A stretch of DNA of 41,779 nucleotides from the NCBI GenBank assembly GCA_018221165.1, contig JAAOYD010000033.1, positions 1-41,779 of the forward strand, in the 5' to 3' direction. A program made the position numbers and the translations under genes. Under the pieces are notes generated by a model, which was given only the letters and a program-made list of their open reading frames with translations, was not told the DNA's origin and ran no database searches. How positions within the stretch are numbered: the stretch's first letter is position 1; every line of letters begins with the position of its first letter. Shown piece after piece: positions 9,549 through 18,474 of this stretch. Source of the DNA: Candidatus Woesearchaeota archaeon. Lineage in GTDB: Archaea; Nanobdellota; Nanobdellia; Woesearchaeales; UBA525.

Positions 9549-10193
9549 TCACCTCTTCAAAAGATCGTTAGGATCGGTAATGATGTGGGGGTGCTTCAGC
9601 AGGTTCTCAAAATAGTCCTCTCCAGCCGCCAAGCCTTCAGCCAGTTCGGCTTCGCTGTGGGTCCAGGAAATGACTGTCTTTTTCCCATTGGGACCTTTCA
9701 CCTCAACCTTGCTGTATTTCTTGCGGAGGGCTTCAAGCTTCTCAGGCGAAGCTATGGCCAGGATGTGAATTTCTTTCTGGTCAGAATCAGCAATGGCAAG
9801 CGCATCGCAGGCTTCGACATAGTCTTCGCATTGCCAGAGGAATTTTTGGAGGTAGTAGTGGTCATCCTGTTTTGGGTGGAAGAAGATATTCAACATGGCC
9901 CAGCAAGACGGTGTCGGCGTAATCATTTTCTTACCAGCGAAGCCATCTCGCAACACCGCGATATGCGCCAGTTCTTTGTTCAATCCATAGATGATTTTCG
10001 GCTTGCCCGGACCTTTACGCGACGCTTTCAGTCTCTTGATCAAACCCCAAGCTTCCAGCAGTTTTGCCTGCTGGCTGATGTTCGCAAGACTCGTTCCGGT
10101 GGCTTTCGAGATGTCACTCGCGGCCATATCCTCTTTCGCAACAGAAGACAAGATGTTCCATTTGCTGTTAGTGAGCAAGTCTTCGAATTCCAC
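9549..10193 (-). CDS. Winged-HTH transcriptional regulator with an uncharacterised C-terminal domain
   Basis: The N-terminal NILSSVAKEDMAASDISKATGTSLANISQQAKLLEAWGLIKRL is ArsR/MarR-like. Confidence 0.6.
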   Translation of the reverse strand: MEFEDLLTNSKWNILSSVAKEDMAASDISKATGTSLANISQQAKLLEAWGLIKRLKASRKGPGKPKIIYGLNKELAHIAVLRDGFAGKKMITPTPSCWAMLNIFFHPKQDDHYYLQKFLWQCEDYVEACDALAIADSDQKEIHILAIASPEKLEALRKKYSKVEVKGPNGKKTVISWTHSEAELAEGLAAGEDYFENLLKHPHIITDPNDLLKR

Positions 10194-10437
10194 GACCTTA
10201 CAGGCGGAGCAGACATATTTAAATGTTTCGAAAGTAAATAATAATATGAATTAATAAGTTATAAAACACTTTAAATATCCGTTTTCCCCAACGAGAGCGC
10301 TTGTCGACGATAGTAAAAGCAGAACTTTTATAAATCAATTCAGACCGAATACCTAGTTGGGGACGACACGGTGAGGTACTACTCCGCCACTGTCGTGTCA
10401 CAGCAACCAAAAAAGGGGGCTTCCTACGGGAAGAGAG

Positions 10438-11682
10438 GTGAGGACGCTGAAGGTACTTATGCTAGGGTGGGAGTTTCCGCCCTATTTTGCGGGAGGGGTC
10501 GGCACAGTCTGCCATGCATTGACACAAGCATTGTCAAAGCGCAACGTAGACGTCACCTACATCATGCCGTCCGGACCGCGCAACGTCCACGCCGATTTCG
10601 TGAACCTTCTCGTCGCTGACAATATGATTGCAGATGGTCGCATCAAGATTGCAAAAATTGACAGCCTCCTGGGAGCCTATGAAGGTTGCGACGACTACCG
10701 CCACCAATACGAACGCATCCTCCGTGAGACCAATGGCAAGAGCGGCAAGCTCTACGGCCACAACCTGCTCGCGGAGATCGAGCGCTTCGCGGAGAAAGTG
10801 AAGATGATTGTGAAGGAACTGGGAATCGAGTTCGACGTCATCCATGCCCATGACTGGACTACCTTTCCAGCGGCCGTCGCCCTGAAAAAAGCGACCGGCA
10901 AGCCGCTTCTCGTCCACGTCCACATCACCGAGTTTGACAAGAGCGGCGGTGACCACGCCGACCCGCGCATCTACGCCATCGAACAGATGGGTATGCAAGC
11001 AGCTGACCGTGTTATTACCGTGAGCAATCTCATGAAGAACCGTTGTGTCAACCAGTATTTCATTGACGAGCGAAAGGTGCGCGTCGTGTACAACGCTGTT
11101 GAGTTCAACAAGCTTCCAGCACTCCCAGAACGTTTCGAGATTAAAGCGCAAGACAAGATCGTACTCTTCCTCGGCCGCATCACACTCCAAAAAGGGCCGG
11201 ATTATTTCATCGAAGCGGCACGCAAAGTGCTCGATGTGGACCCGAATGTCAAGTTCGTCATGGCAGGATCTGGTGATATGCTGCCACGGATGATTGAACG
11301 TTCTGCAGCCATGGGCATCGGCAACAAGGTCATTTTCCCAGGATTTGTCGGCCGCGAAGAAGGCGACCGGCTCTACCGCATGGCCGATGTGTTCGTCATG
11401 CCAAGCGTCAGCGAACCATTTGGACTCGTCCCATTAGAAGCAATGTACCAAGGCACACCCGCAATCATCAGCAGACAGAGCGGTGTCAGTGAAGTGCTGC
11501 AGCACGCGCTGAAGGTTGACTTCTGGGATGTGGATGACATCGCGAACAAGATTCTCGCAGCATTGAGCTACAGCACGCTTCACAAACAACTTCGCCATGA
11601 AGGCAGCATCGAAGTCCAGGGGTTCAACTGGGATTCGGTGGCGACCGAAGTGGAACAACTATATCACGAGGTAGGGGGATAA
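10438..11682 (+). CDS. Glycogen synthase-like glycosyltransferase (GT-B fold, GT4/GT5 type, archaeal GlgA-like)
   Basis: N-terminal KVLMLGWEFPPYFAGGVGTV and C-terminal EPFGLVPLEAMYQGTPAIIS. GTG start at 10438, with an alternative ATG at 10459. Confidence 0.8.
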   Translation: MRTLKVLMLGWEFPPYFAGGVGTVCHALTQALSKRNVDVTYIMPSGPRNVHADFVNLLVADNMIADGRIKIAKIDSLLGAYEGCDDYRHQYERILRETNGKSGKLYGHNLLAEIERFAEKVKMIVKELGIEFDVIHAHDWTTFPAAVALKKATGKPLLVHVHITEFDKSGGDHADPRIYAIEQMGMQAADRVITVSNLMKNRCVNQYFIDERKVRVVYNAVEFNKLPALPERFEIKAQDKIVLFLGRITLQKGPDYFIEAARKVLDVDPNVKFVMAGSGDMLPRMIERSAAMGIGNKVIFPGFVGREEGDRLYRMADVFVMPSVSEPFGLVPLEAMYQGTPAIISRQSGVSEVLQHALKVDFWDVDDIANKILAALSYSTLHKQLRHEGSIEVQGFNWDSVATEVEQLYHEVGG

Positions 11683-12950
11683 TGGTCAACATCTGTTTCT
11701 ATTTCCAAGTACACCAGCCCGAGCGGCTGCGAAACTACAGCGTCTTCGAAATCGGAAAGGCCAATGGCTATTTCGACGAAAAGAAGAACGATGAAGTGAT
11801 GAAGAAGGTAGCGAAGAAATGTTATCTCCCAATGAACGCCCTGCTGCTCAAGCTCATCGATCGACACAAGGGAAAGTTCAAAGTCGCGTTCAGTATCAGC
11901 GGCACGGCTTTGGATCAATTCGAGAAGTTCGCGCCAGAAGTCTTGGAGAGTTTCAAGGCCCTCGCACGAACTGGCTGCGTGGAATTCCTGGCAGAGACTT
12001 ACTACCACAGCCTCAGCTTCCTCTACAACAAGGTTGAGTTCGACCGCCAAGTGGAACAGCACTCAGCGAAAATCAAAGAACTATTTGACCAAACACCCAC
12101 CGTTTTCCGGAACACCGAACTCATCTTCAGCAACGAGTTGGCGATGCACATGCAAGACAAAGGATACAAAGCCATACTCGCGGAAGGCGCGGACCACATC
12201 CTTGGCTGGAAGAGTCCAAACTTCCTCTACACATCAGTCACCGCTCCGAACATCAAACTTTTACTCAAGAACTACAAACTCAGTGATGACGTGGCATTCC
12301 GATTCAGCAATAAGGGTTGGAATGAACACCCACTGACTGTTGACAAGTACAGCAAGTGGATTAACAACGTCAACGGCGATGGCAATGTGGTGAACCTGTT
12401 CATGGATTACGAGACTTTCGGCGAACACCAGTGGGAAGACACGGGTATCTTCGAATTCATGGACCATCTCCCTGACGAGCTACTCAAGCATCCTGATAAC
12501 GCGTTCATGACCCCCAGCGAAGTGGCGGATGCCTTCCAACCGGTGGGAGCCTTGGATGTCCACAACTTCGTCAGCTGGGCTGATCTGGAACGAGATGTAA
12601 GCGCCTGGCTCGGAAACAACATGCAACAGACCGCTATTGGCGAGCTCTACAAGCTCAGGGATGCAGTCTACGCTACTGAGGACAACAAACTCATCCGCGA
12701 CTGGGAACTGCTCACCACCAGCGACCACTACTACTACATGTGCACCAAGTGGTTCGCCGATGGGGATGTGCACAAGTACTTCAACCCCTATGACACGCCC
12801 TATGAGGGCTATATCGCATTCATGAACGTGCTCAACGACCTCACACTCCGCATCAAAGGCGGGCCTGAGGAGACGCGAATACAGCTTACTGAGGAACCCA
12901 GCAAAATCCTCGTGAGCGCTGATCAATTGGGTGGTAAGAAGAGGTGGTAG
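11682..12950 (+). CDS. Glycoside hydrolase family 57 enzyme (alpha-amylase-like)
   Basis: N-terminal ICFYFQVHQPERLR and the FMDYETFGEHQWED region. Its start overlaps the previous stop by 1 nt (taATG). Confidence 0.85.
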   Translation: MVNICFYFQVHQPERLRNYSVFEIGKANGYFDEKKNDEVMKKVAKKCYLPMNALLLKLIDRHKGKFKVAFSISGTALDQFEKFAPEVLESFKALARTGCVEFLAETYYHSLSFLYNKVEFDRQVEQHSAKIKELFDQTPTVFRNTELIFSNELAMHMQDKGYKAILAEGADHILGWKSPNFLYTSVTAPNIKLLLKNYKLSDDVAFRFSNKGWNEHPLTVDKYSKWINNVNGDGNVVNLFMDYETFGEHQWEDTGIFEFMDHLPDELLKHPDNAFMTPSEVADAFQPVGALDVHNFVSWADLERDVSAWLGNNMQQTAIGELYKLRDAVYATEDNKLIRDWELLTTSDHYYYMCTKWFADGDVHKYFNPYDTPYEGYIAFMNVLNDLTLRIKGGPEETRIQLTEEPSKILVSADQLGGKKRW

Positions 12951-12951
12951 G

Positions 12952-13392
12952 ATGGCGAAAGCCAAGAAAGCAACAAAAAAGGCGAAAACGGTGAAGAAGG
13001 CGAAGCCGAAAGCAGCTAAGGCGAAGAAGGCAGCGCCAAAGAAAGCAAAGCCAAAAGCAGCTCCGAAAGCACCAAAGAAAGCGGCAGCGAAGAAGAAGCG
13101 CATCAGCCTGGGCACCTACGACATGCAGGACACGCCTGAGGAGAGTCACTTCTACTTCGTCAATGGCCACAAGGTCAAGAATGTGAAGGAGCTCGCCGAG
13201 GTCATGGACCGCATCGAACAAGAAATATTCGACTTCCATGTCAATCCCGACAAGAACGACTTTTACAACTGGGTCAGGCACGTCTTTGACGACCTGGAGC
13301 TGGCTGAGAAGATGGTTGGGGTTACTGGACCAAAACACTTGCAGTTCACGATTTACAAACACGTGGCTGACAAGGCTATGAAAAAGAAGTGA
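12952..13392 (+). CDS. Lys/Ala-rich tail protein with a conserved domain of unknown function (paralog of 13426-14037)
   Basis: The N-terminal ~50 aa are AKKAxKKAKPKAAKAKKAAPKK repeats, followed by HFYFVNGHKVKNVKELAEVMDRIEQEIFDFHVNPDKNDFYNWV. ATG 12952 lies directly after the GH57 stop. Confidence 0.6.
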   Translation: MAKAKKATKKAKTVKKAKPKAAKAKKAAPKKAKPKAAPKAPKKAAAKKKRISLGTYDMQDTPEESHFYFVNGHKVKNVKELAEVMDRIEQEIFDFHVNPDKNDFYNWVRHVFDDLELAEKMVGVTGPKHLQFTIYKHVADKAMKKK

Positions 13393-13425
13393 GCCCGGAT
13401 TCCCGGGAAAAAGAGGTGAGGCAGC

Positions 13426-14037
13426 GTGGATATTCCACCAGAACAGCAGTTCCATTTCCGTGATGGCGAAAGTATCTCGGACCTGGAAGGGCTGAAAGGA
13501 AAAATAGAGAGCATCGGCTACGAGGAGTTCTACGGCCACGTAAACGATGAGAAGAACGACTTCGCCGCTTGGGTAGAAGGCGTTCTCCAAGACACCGAAC
13601 TGGCCAACAGATTGCGCGCCGTGACGAGCATTGTCGAAACTGTCGAGATGCTGAACGAGGCGCTCTATCCTGAAGATACGCAAGTGGCAGAGACCGCACT
13701 CGAATCGAGTGGAGAAACCGACTTCCAGCAGCGCATCGAAGAGCAGTTGTTCTCAGAGGAACCGAAGCACGTCGACAATCTAGAAGGCGACACGGACTTC
13801 TCATCAGAGGGCGACGAAGTCTCGCTCCCGACACCTGAAGAAGTTCAGGGTGAAAGGCTCCCTGGCGCACCTGTCACGACCGCTGATGAAGCACACACAC
13901 CCATCACCGAACGTGTTGACAGACCCGTAAGCCATGAGGAACACATGAAATTCGTAGTGAAGCAGTTCATCTATGGATTCCTGCTCGGTATCATCATCGG
14001 CTATGTGCTAGCGAACATAATTGGACGATTCATATGA
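13426..14037 (+). CDS. Hypothetical protein: paralogous domain, acidic linker and C-terminal TM helix
   Basis: FHFRDGESISDLEGLKGKIESIGYEEFYGHVNDEKNDFAAWV aligns with the preceding protein. GTG start with gaggtga about 8 nt upstream. The C-terminus FIYGFLLGIIIGYVLANII is hydrophobic. It overlaps the next gene by 4 nt (ATGA). Confidence 0.6.
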   Translation: MDIPPEQQFHFRDGESISDLEGLKGKIESIGYEEFYGHVNDEKNDFAAWVEGVLQDTELANRLRAVTSIVETVEMLNEALYPEDTQVAETALESSGETDFQQRIEEQLFSEEPKHVDNLEGDTDFSSEGDEVSLPTPEEVQGERLPGAPVTTADEAHTPITERVDRPVSHEEHMKFVVKQFIYGFLLGIIIGYVLANIIGRFI

Positions 14038-15821
14038 GTGAAAAACAAGCGGCCCCGGAAACTGACATTCTCTTCGAAGTTAGTTGGGAGGTTTGCAACA
14101 AGGTCGGCGGCATCAATACCGTGCTGAAGAGCAAGGCTGGTGTGATGCAGGACCGGTACAAGCAGTACATCCTCATAGGGCCTTATTTCGAGAAGAAAGC
14201 GATGCTCGAACTGGAACGCAAAGAGCCACCGAAAGCCGTCGCGAAAGCGCTGGACAGTCTCAAGAAGAATGGTATCGAATGCCACTACGGCACCTGGCAG
14301 GTCAAGGGAGAGCCCACCGTCATCCTTATCGACTTCTCACGCCTCACCGAGAAGAAAGATGAACTGAAGGCGCAGCTGTGGGAATCTTACGAGATCGATA
14401 GCATGGGTGCCAGTTGGGATTTCGAAGAACCTGTTATCTTCAGCGCCGCAGTCGCCCAAGTACTCAACGCCCTCGAAAAGGCCATGGGTAAGAAGAAGGT
14501 CGTCGCCCACTTCCACGAATGGATGACTGGAGCGGGCATCCTCTTCCTCAAGCGACTCAAGAGTCCCATCCGCACCGTCTTCACCACCCACGCGACGATG
14601 CTGGGCCGCGCCATTGCTGGCGGTGGCGAGAACTTGTATGAGATGCTTGAGAATATCAATCCACGAGAAGCGGCCTACAGCCACGGCGTTCAGGCAAAGC
14701 ACCTCACCGAGACAGCATGTGCCCATGAATGCAACGTCTTCACCACAGTAAGTGAGATTACGGGTATGGAAGCTGAGAAGTTGCTTGGCCGAAAGCCCGA
14801 TGTACTCGTGCTGAACGGGCTCGAGGTGAACCGTTTCCCAACGTTTGAGGAGACGAGCATCAAGCACCTCACCTGCCGAGAGAGCTTACGAAGCTTCCTC
14901 ACCTATTACTTCTTTCCTCATTATCTCTTCTCACTAGACCACAATCTTATCTTCTTCATCACTGGCCGCTACGAGTACAAGAACAAGGGTATCGACCTGA
15001 CTATTCATGCCCTCGGACGGCTGAACGAGTTGCTCAAACAGGGCAAAGATAAAGACCGGACAGTAAGTGTGTTTTTCTGGATTCCCATGGAGCACGCTGG
15101 CGTCAAGGTCGAGCTCTTGGAGAACAAGAACTACTACAATCACATCACCAGCTACATCCATTACAACGCGGATAACATCCTCCAGAAGGTTCTCTATGAT
15201 TTCCTCTCTCAAAAGGATGTGAAGAGTGAGACTTTGTTCACAAAGGAGTTCCTGAAGGAGATGAAGAAGGACCTCTTGCAGTTCAAGCGCCAGGGCAACC
15301 CGCCATTGTGCACGAACTATCTCCCGAACGAGGACCAGAACGATATCATCAAGGCCTTGATTGAAGCTGGCTTGGATAATCGCGAGGATGACAGGGTAAA
15401 GGTCATCGTCCAGCCAGTCTATCTGGACGGCAGTGACGGGCTTGTGAATCTGCCCTATTACGATGCCATTGCTGGGACCCATTTGGGTCTTTTCCCGAGC
15501 TATTACGAGCCCTGGGGTTATACACCCTTGGAAACAGGGGCTATGGGTGTGTCATGTGTAACAACAGATCTCGCTGGCTTTGGGCGGTTTATCGAGCCGC
15601 ACCTAGAGGGAAAGAGCAGCGGCATCAAGGTCCTCCACCGCCTCCACAAGCCGTATAACGAGATTGTTGAGGATTTCGCCCAGAAGATGTATGGCTATTG
15701 CAACATCTCTCATACCGAGCGCGTCCAGAACAAGATTCAGGCGAAAGAACTCAGCCAACTCTGCGACTGGGGCGAGTTCATCAGATTCTACATCAAGGCG
15801 CATAATATGGCGTTGAAGTAG
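14034..15821 (+). CDS. Glycogen synthase, GT3 (eukaryote-type Gsy) family
   Basis: FEVSWEVCNKVGGINTVLKSKA closely matches the GT3 N-terminal signature (FE..EV.N.VGGI..V.KSKA). Length is 595 aa and the C-terminal PSYYEPWGYTPLE motif is present. Confidence 0.85.
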   Translation: MSEKQAAPETDILFEVSWEVCNKVGGINTVLKSKAGVMQDRYKQYILIGPYFEKKAMLELERKEPPKAVAKALDSLKKNGIECHYGTWQVKGEPTVILIDFSRLTEKKDELKAQLWESYEIDSMGASWDFEEPVIFSAAVAQVLNALEKAMGKKKVVAHFHEWMTGAGILFLKRLKSPIRTVFTTHATMLGRAIAGGGENLYEMLENINPREAAYSHGVQAKHLTETACAHECNVFTTVSEITGMEAEKLLGRKPDVLVLNGLEVNRFPTFEETSIKHLTCRESLRSFLTYYFFPHYLFSLDHNLIFFITGRYEYKNKGIDLTIHALGRLNELLKQGKDKDRTVSVFFWIPMEHAGVKVELLENKNYYNHITSYIHYNADNILQKVLYDFLSQKDVKSETLFTKEFLKEMKKDLLQFKRQGNPPLCTNYLPNEDQNDIIKALIEAGLDNREDDRVKVIVQPVYLDGSDGLVNLPYYDAIAGTHLGLFPSYYEPWGYTPLETGAMGVSCVTTDLAGFGRFIEPHLEGKSSGIKVLHRLHKPYNEIVEDFAQKMYGYCNISHTERVQNKIQAKELSQLCDWGEFIRFYIKAHNMALK

Positions 15822-16347
15822 GAAATTCTATCTCGAGCTTCATCTTGAAGTCTTTCAACCTCCAATCATCCACTTCGAGTTTTAAGTCCCATTTCTCCCT
15901 TTTAGGTGTTGAGAACCAGAAGCCCATGTTGAAGTTTGTCTTCCAACGCTCACCAACATATTCAAACTCACAAATATTTCCCGCAATTCCATCAAAAAAT
16001 CCTTTCCAACGAACAGGATTTGGCGCACCTGCGTAAACCGCGTCTACACCCTCGGCACTAAGTTGTCCTGTTACTTGTCGCTCGGGACTTTCTATTGAGA
16101 AATCAATTCTACCATCTCCAATAGTGCCTTTTAGATTGACTGGAAAAACCAATAATGCCATACCCTTAGCTGTAAACGCATAGCGATCTTTCAAGAGATT
16201 GTAGGATATAGACCCTTTATTTTTTGATTCAAGACGTGGACATTGCGGTAGTTCCGGGAGCCCAGTGAGCTTCTCTGTGGTATCGCCAGCCCCTGCTACT
16301 GTAGCGATGGCTGTGAGTGTCACTGCTGCAATCGCTTCCCTAATCAT
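15793..16347 (-). CDS. Hypothetical secreted or membrane-anchored protein
   Basis: I chose the start at MIREAIAAVTLTAIATVAGAG (signal/anchor-like). The longer ORF-track version would overlap the aminotransferase start and its promoter. The 3' end overlaps the GT3 gene convergently by 29 nt. Confidence 0.45.
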   Translation of the reverse strand: MIREAIAAVTLTAIATVAGAGDTTEKLTGLPELPQCPRLESKNKGSISYNLLKDRYAFTAKGMALLVFPVNLKGTIGDGRIDFSIESPERQVTGQLSAEGVDAVYAGAPNPVRWKGFFDGIAGNICEFEYVGERWKTNFNMGFWFSTPKREKWDLKLEVDDWRLKDFKMKLEIEFPTSTPYYAP

Positions 16348-16420
16348 ATCGTCGGAGTCGTTCGTCCCTTTAAGTCCCTTTTGCACAAGGTTTTTATAGC
16401 CGTCAGGGGAAACGCGCCAT

Positions 16421-17644
16421 ATGAACCCGCAAGCAGAAGCGTTGAATAAGTCCCTTCCAAGCCACGTCACAGCTCTGCTTTCAGCTAAGGGCAAAGCGGC
16501 ATTCTGGCCCAAGCTGGGCATCCTCCAACAATGTGCTGACGCCCGCGGAAAGGCTATCGATGCCACCATTGGTATCGCAGTTGAGGACGATAAAGAGCCT
16601 ATGCGGCTCAGCGCAACGGACAAACTCCCTCTCCCTCCAAAAGCGGTCTATCCCTACGCTCCTGGCTTCGGCGTGAAAGAACTCCGTGAGCTGTGGAAAG
16701 CGGAGATGCTGAAGAAGAACCCCTCTCTGAAAGCACCCGCGAGTCTCCCAGTGGTCACTGCTGGCCTGACCCACGGCTTGAGCATCCTCGGCTCGCTCTT
16801 CCTCGACCCAGGCGATGAAATCGTCCTGCCTGACATGTTCTGGGGCAACTACAAGCTCATCTTCGAGCACATCCACGGCGCGAAGCTCACCAGTTTCCCA
16901 ACGTTCATAGACGGCGGCTTCAACCTCAAAGGATTAGAAGAAAGTCTCAAAGGGAAGAAAGTGCTCCTCCTGAACTTCCCCAATAATCCCACCGGCTACA
17001 CGCCGACAGAGGAAGAAGCAGACGGAATAATTACTATCATCAAAAACGCCGCGAAAGAGAATCCTCTTCTCGTCATCCTGGATGATGCGTATTTTGGGTT
17101 AGTCTATGAGGATGGAATCGAAAAAGAAAGCCTCTTCGCTAAACTCGCAGGACTCGATAACGTGCTTGCAGTCAAGGTCGATGGCGCGACGAAAGAAGAA
17201 TTCGCTTGGGGCTTCCGCATCGGCTTCCTTACCTACAACCTCGACACAGCTGCTGCCCAAGCTCTAGAGGAAAAGACCGCCGGCACAATCAGAGCCACAG
17301 TAAGCAACTGCAACCACGCTGGCCAGAGCCTGATGGTCCAGGCACTCAAAGACTCAAAACATGAAGAAGAAAAAGAACAGAAATTCAACACTCTCAAAGC
17401 CCGATACGAAAAAGTGAAGGAAGTCCTCAAGGATTCCAAACTCTCTCCCCTCCCGTTCAACAGCGGCTACTTCATGTGCCTCAAACTAGAGAAAGACTCA
17501 GAAGCGGTCCGCCAAGCACTCTTGAAAGACGGCGTGGGCGTCATCGCCCTAGCGAATAACCTCATCAGGGTAGCGTATAGTGGCGTGGCCGAGCAGGACA
17601 TCCCAGAACTGTTCAAGAAAATCGAGCGTCAGACAAATATTTAA
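16421..17644 (+). CDS. PLP-dependent aminotransferase, class I/II
   Basis: LLNFPNNPTGYTP and ILDDAYFGLVYE motifs. 407 aa. Confidence 0.85.
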   Translation: MNPQAEALNKSLPSHVTALLSAKGKAAFWPKLGILQQCADARGKAIDATIGIAVEDDKEPMRLSATDKLPLPPKAVYPYAPGFGVKELRELWKAEMLKKNPSLKAPASLPVVTAGLTHGLSILGSLFLDPGDEIVLPDMFWGNYKLIFEHIHGAKLTSFPTFIDGGFNLKGLEESLKGKKVLLLNFPNNPTGYTPTEEEADGIITIIKNAAKENPLLVILDDAYFGLVYEDGIEKESLFAKLAGLDNVLAVKVDGATKEEFAWGFRIGFLTYNLDTAAAQALEEKTAGTIRATVSNCNHAGQSLMVQALKDSKHEEEKEQKFNTLKARYEKVKEVLKDSKLSPLPFNSGYFMCLKLEKDSEAVRQALLKDGVGVIALANNLIRVAYSGVAEQDIPELFKKIERQTNI

Positions 17645-17690
17645 AAAAGCCAGTCACATTCCGTTTCTCATTACATAGTGGGGTGTTATT

Positions 17691-18245
17691 ATGAAAAGTG
17701 AACTCAAAAAACTCGCAAATACAGCATGGTGGATTTTCCTCCTGAGGGGTATCGGTTTCGTCCTGCTTGGACTCCTGCTCCTCGTCAAGCCTATCGGAAC
17801 GACAGCACTGATACTGTTAGCGTTTGGTATCTACTTACTGTTCGACGGTCTGTTCGCAGTCGTGTTCAGTATCTTCAACCACAAAGTCCTACCTAAGTGG
17901 GGTTGGGAAATGGTACGCGGCCTGCTCGGCGTCATCGTCGGTCTCTTCGCCATCTCGCGACCCATATTGTGGACTGGCGTCGCTGCGCTGACCTTGTTCC
18001 TCATCTTCGGTGCCACCTTGGTGCTCATGGGCATCTTGCAGATCATAGCGATGATTCATTACAAGAGCTGGAGTATGTTCTTCGGCGCTGCGCTCTCGAT
18101 TCTGCTTGGTGCATTGTTCTTCGCGAACCCTGGTGCCTGGATGGTCACCTTCGTCATGCTGATGGGTATCATCCTCATCATCAACGGCTTGGTGAACGTC
18201 TTGCTCGGCTTCCAGTTCGAGAAGGCTTCGAAGAAGCTGAAGTGA
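17691..18245 (+). CDS. HdeD/DUF308-family membrane protein
   Basis: About six TM helices with the repeated DUF308-like pattern (WWIFLLRGIGFVLLGLLLLVKP...). Confidence 0.7.
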   Translation: MKSELKKLANTAWWIFLLRGIGFVLLGLLLLVKPIGTTALILLAFGIYLLFDGLFAVVFSIFNHKVLPKWGWEMVRGLLGVIVGLFAISRPILWTGVAALTLFLIFGATLVLMGILQIIAMIHYKSWSMFFGAALSILLGALFFANPGAWMVTFVMLMGIILIINGLVNVLLGFQFEKASKKLK

Positions 18246-18260
18246 AGTTCAGATAAAACT

Positions 18261-18277
18261 CTTTTTCCTTTTCTTAT
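18261..18277 (+). terminator. T-rich tract downstream of the DUF308 gene
   Basis: ctttttccttttcttat. Archaeal terminators are oligo-T tracts. Confidence 0.35.
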
Positions 18278-18301
18278 TAATTATAATGAAGAAATAAAAA
18301 G

Positions 18302-18397
18302 TGGGCCTGCGGAGATTTGAACTCCGGTTAGGCGGCATTCCGCCGCTCTAGGAGCTAGTCCCGAACCACCTGTGATACCAAGCTACACTACAGGCCC
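18302..18397 (-). tRNA. tRNA-Pro (anticodon CGG) with a 23-nt intron at the canonical 37/38 position (intron 18337-18359)
   Basis: Folded by hand. Acceptor GGGCCTG/CAGGCCC, D arm with A14 and G18G19, anticodon stem GGTGG/CCGCC, T arm CGGAG-TTCAAAT-CTCCG, discriminator A, no encoded CCA. The intron ACTAGCTCCTAGAGCGGCGGAAT allows a 4-bp central helix (TTCG/CGGA) flanked by 3-nt bulges (BHB). Oligo-T follows the 3' end. Confidence 0.8.
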
Positions 18398-18412
18398 AAT
18401 GAATATGTTTAA

Positions 18413-18474
18413 GGGCTTGAGCGGAAGCGAAACCCTTGCTTCCCAGGGTAGCAACGCTGCTACACTACAGGCCC
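18413..18474 (-). ncRNA. 62-nt tRNA-like element that duplicates the 5' end of tRNA-Pro (function unknown)
   Basis: 18 nt (+ strand gctacactacaggcccaa) are identical at 18382-18399 and 18459-18476. The ends pair 6/7 (GGGCCTG vs CAAGCCC). Internal hairpins are GTAGCA-GCGT-TGCTAC and GGAAGC-(9 nt)-GCTTCC. It is not a canonical cloverleaf. Confidence 0.3.

Noticed and set aside
10361-10410. Imperfect hairpin (gacacg-gtg ... cac-tgt-cgtgtc) upstream of the glycogen operon.
   Set aside because: The stem needs a 3-nt bulge and I recognise no riboswitch class. It could be a chance structure and is left unannotated.
9510-11190. 243-aa (+) and 218-aa (-) ORFs.
   Set aside because: They are antisense to the wHTH regulator and to the GlgA-like glycosyltransferase respectively, and have no motifs.
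12480-13683. 211-aa and 265-aa minus-strand ORFs with F/A-rich low-complexity stretches.
   Set aside because: They are antisense shadows of the GH57 gene and of the Lys/Ala-rich gene. The FFGAAF repeats are the reverse complement of the AKKA repeats.
16348-16623. Upstream 92-aa extension of minus-strand ORF 15793-16623.
   Set aside because: It would overlap the aminotransferase start and the shared promoter region. The internal Met gives a signal-anchor N-terminus.
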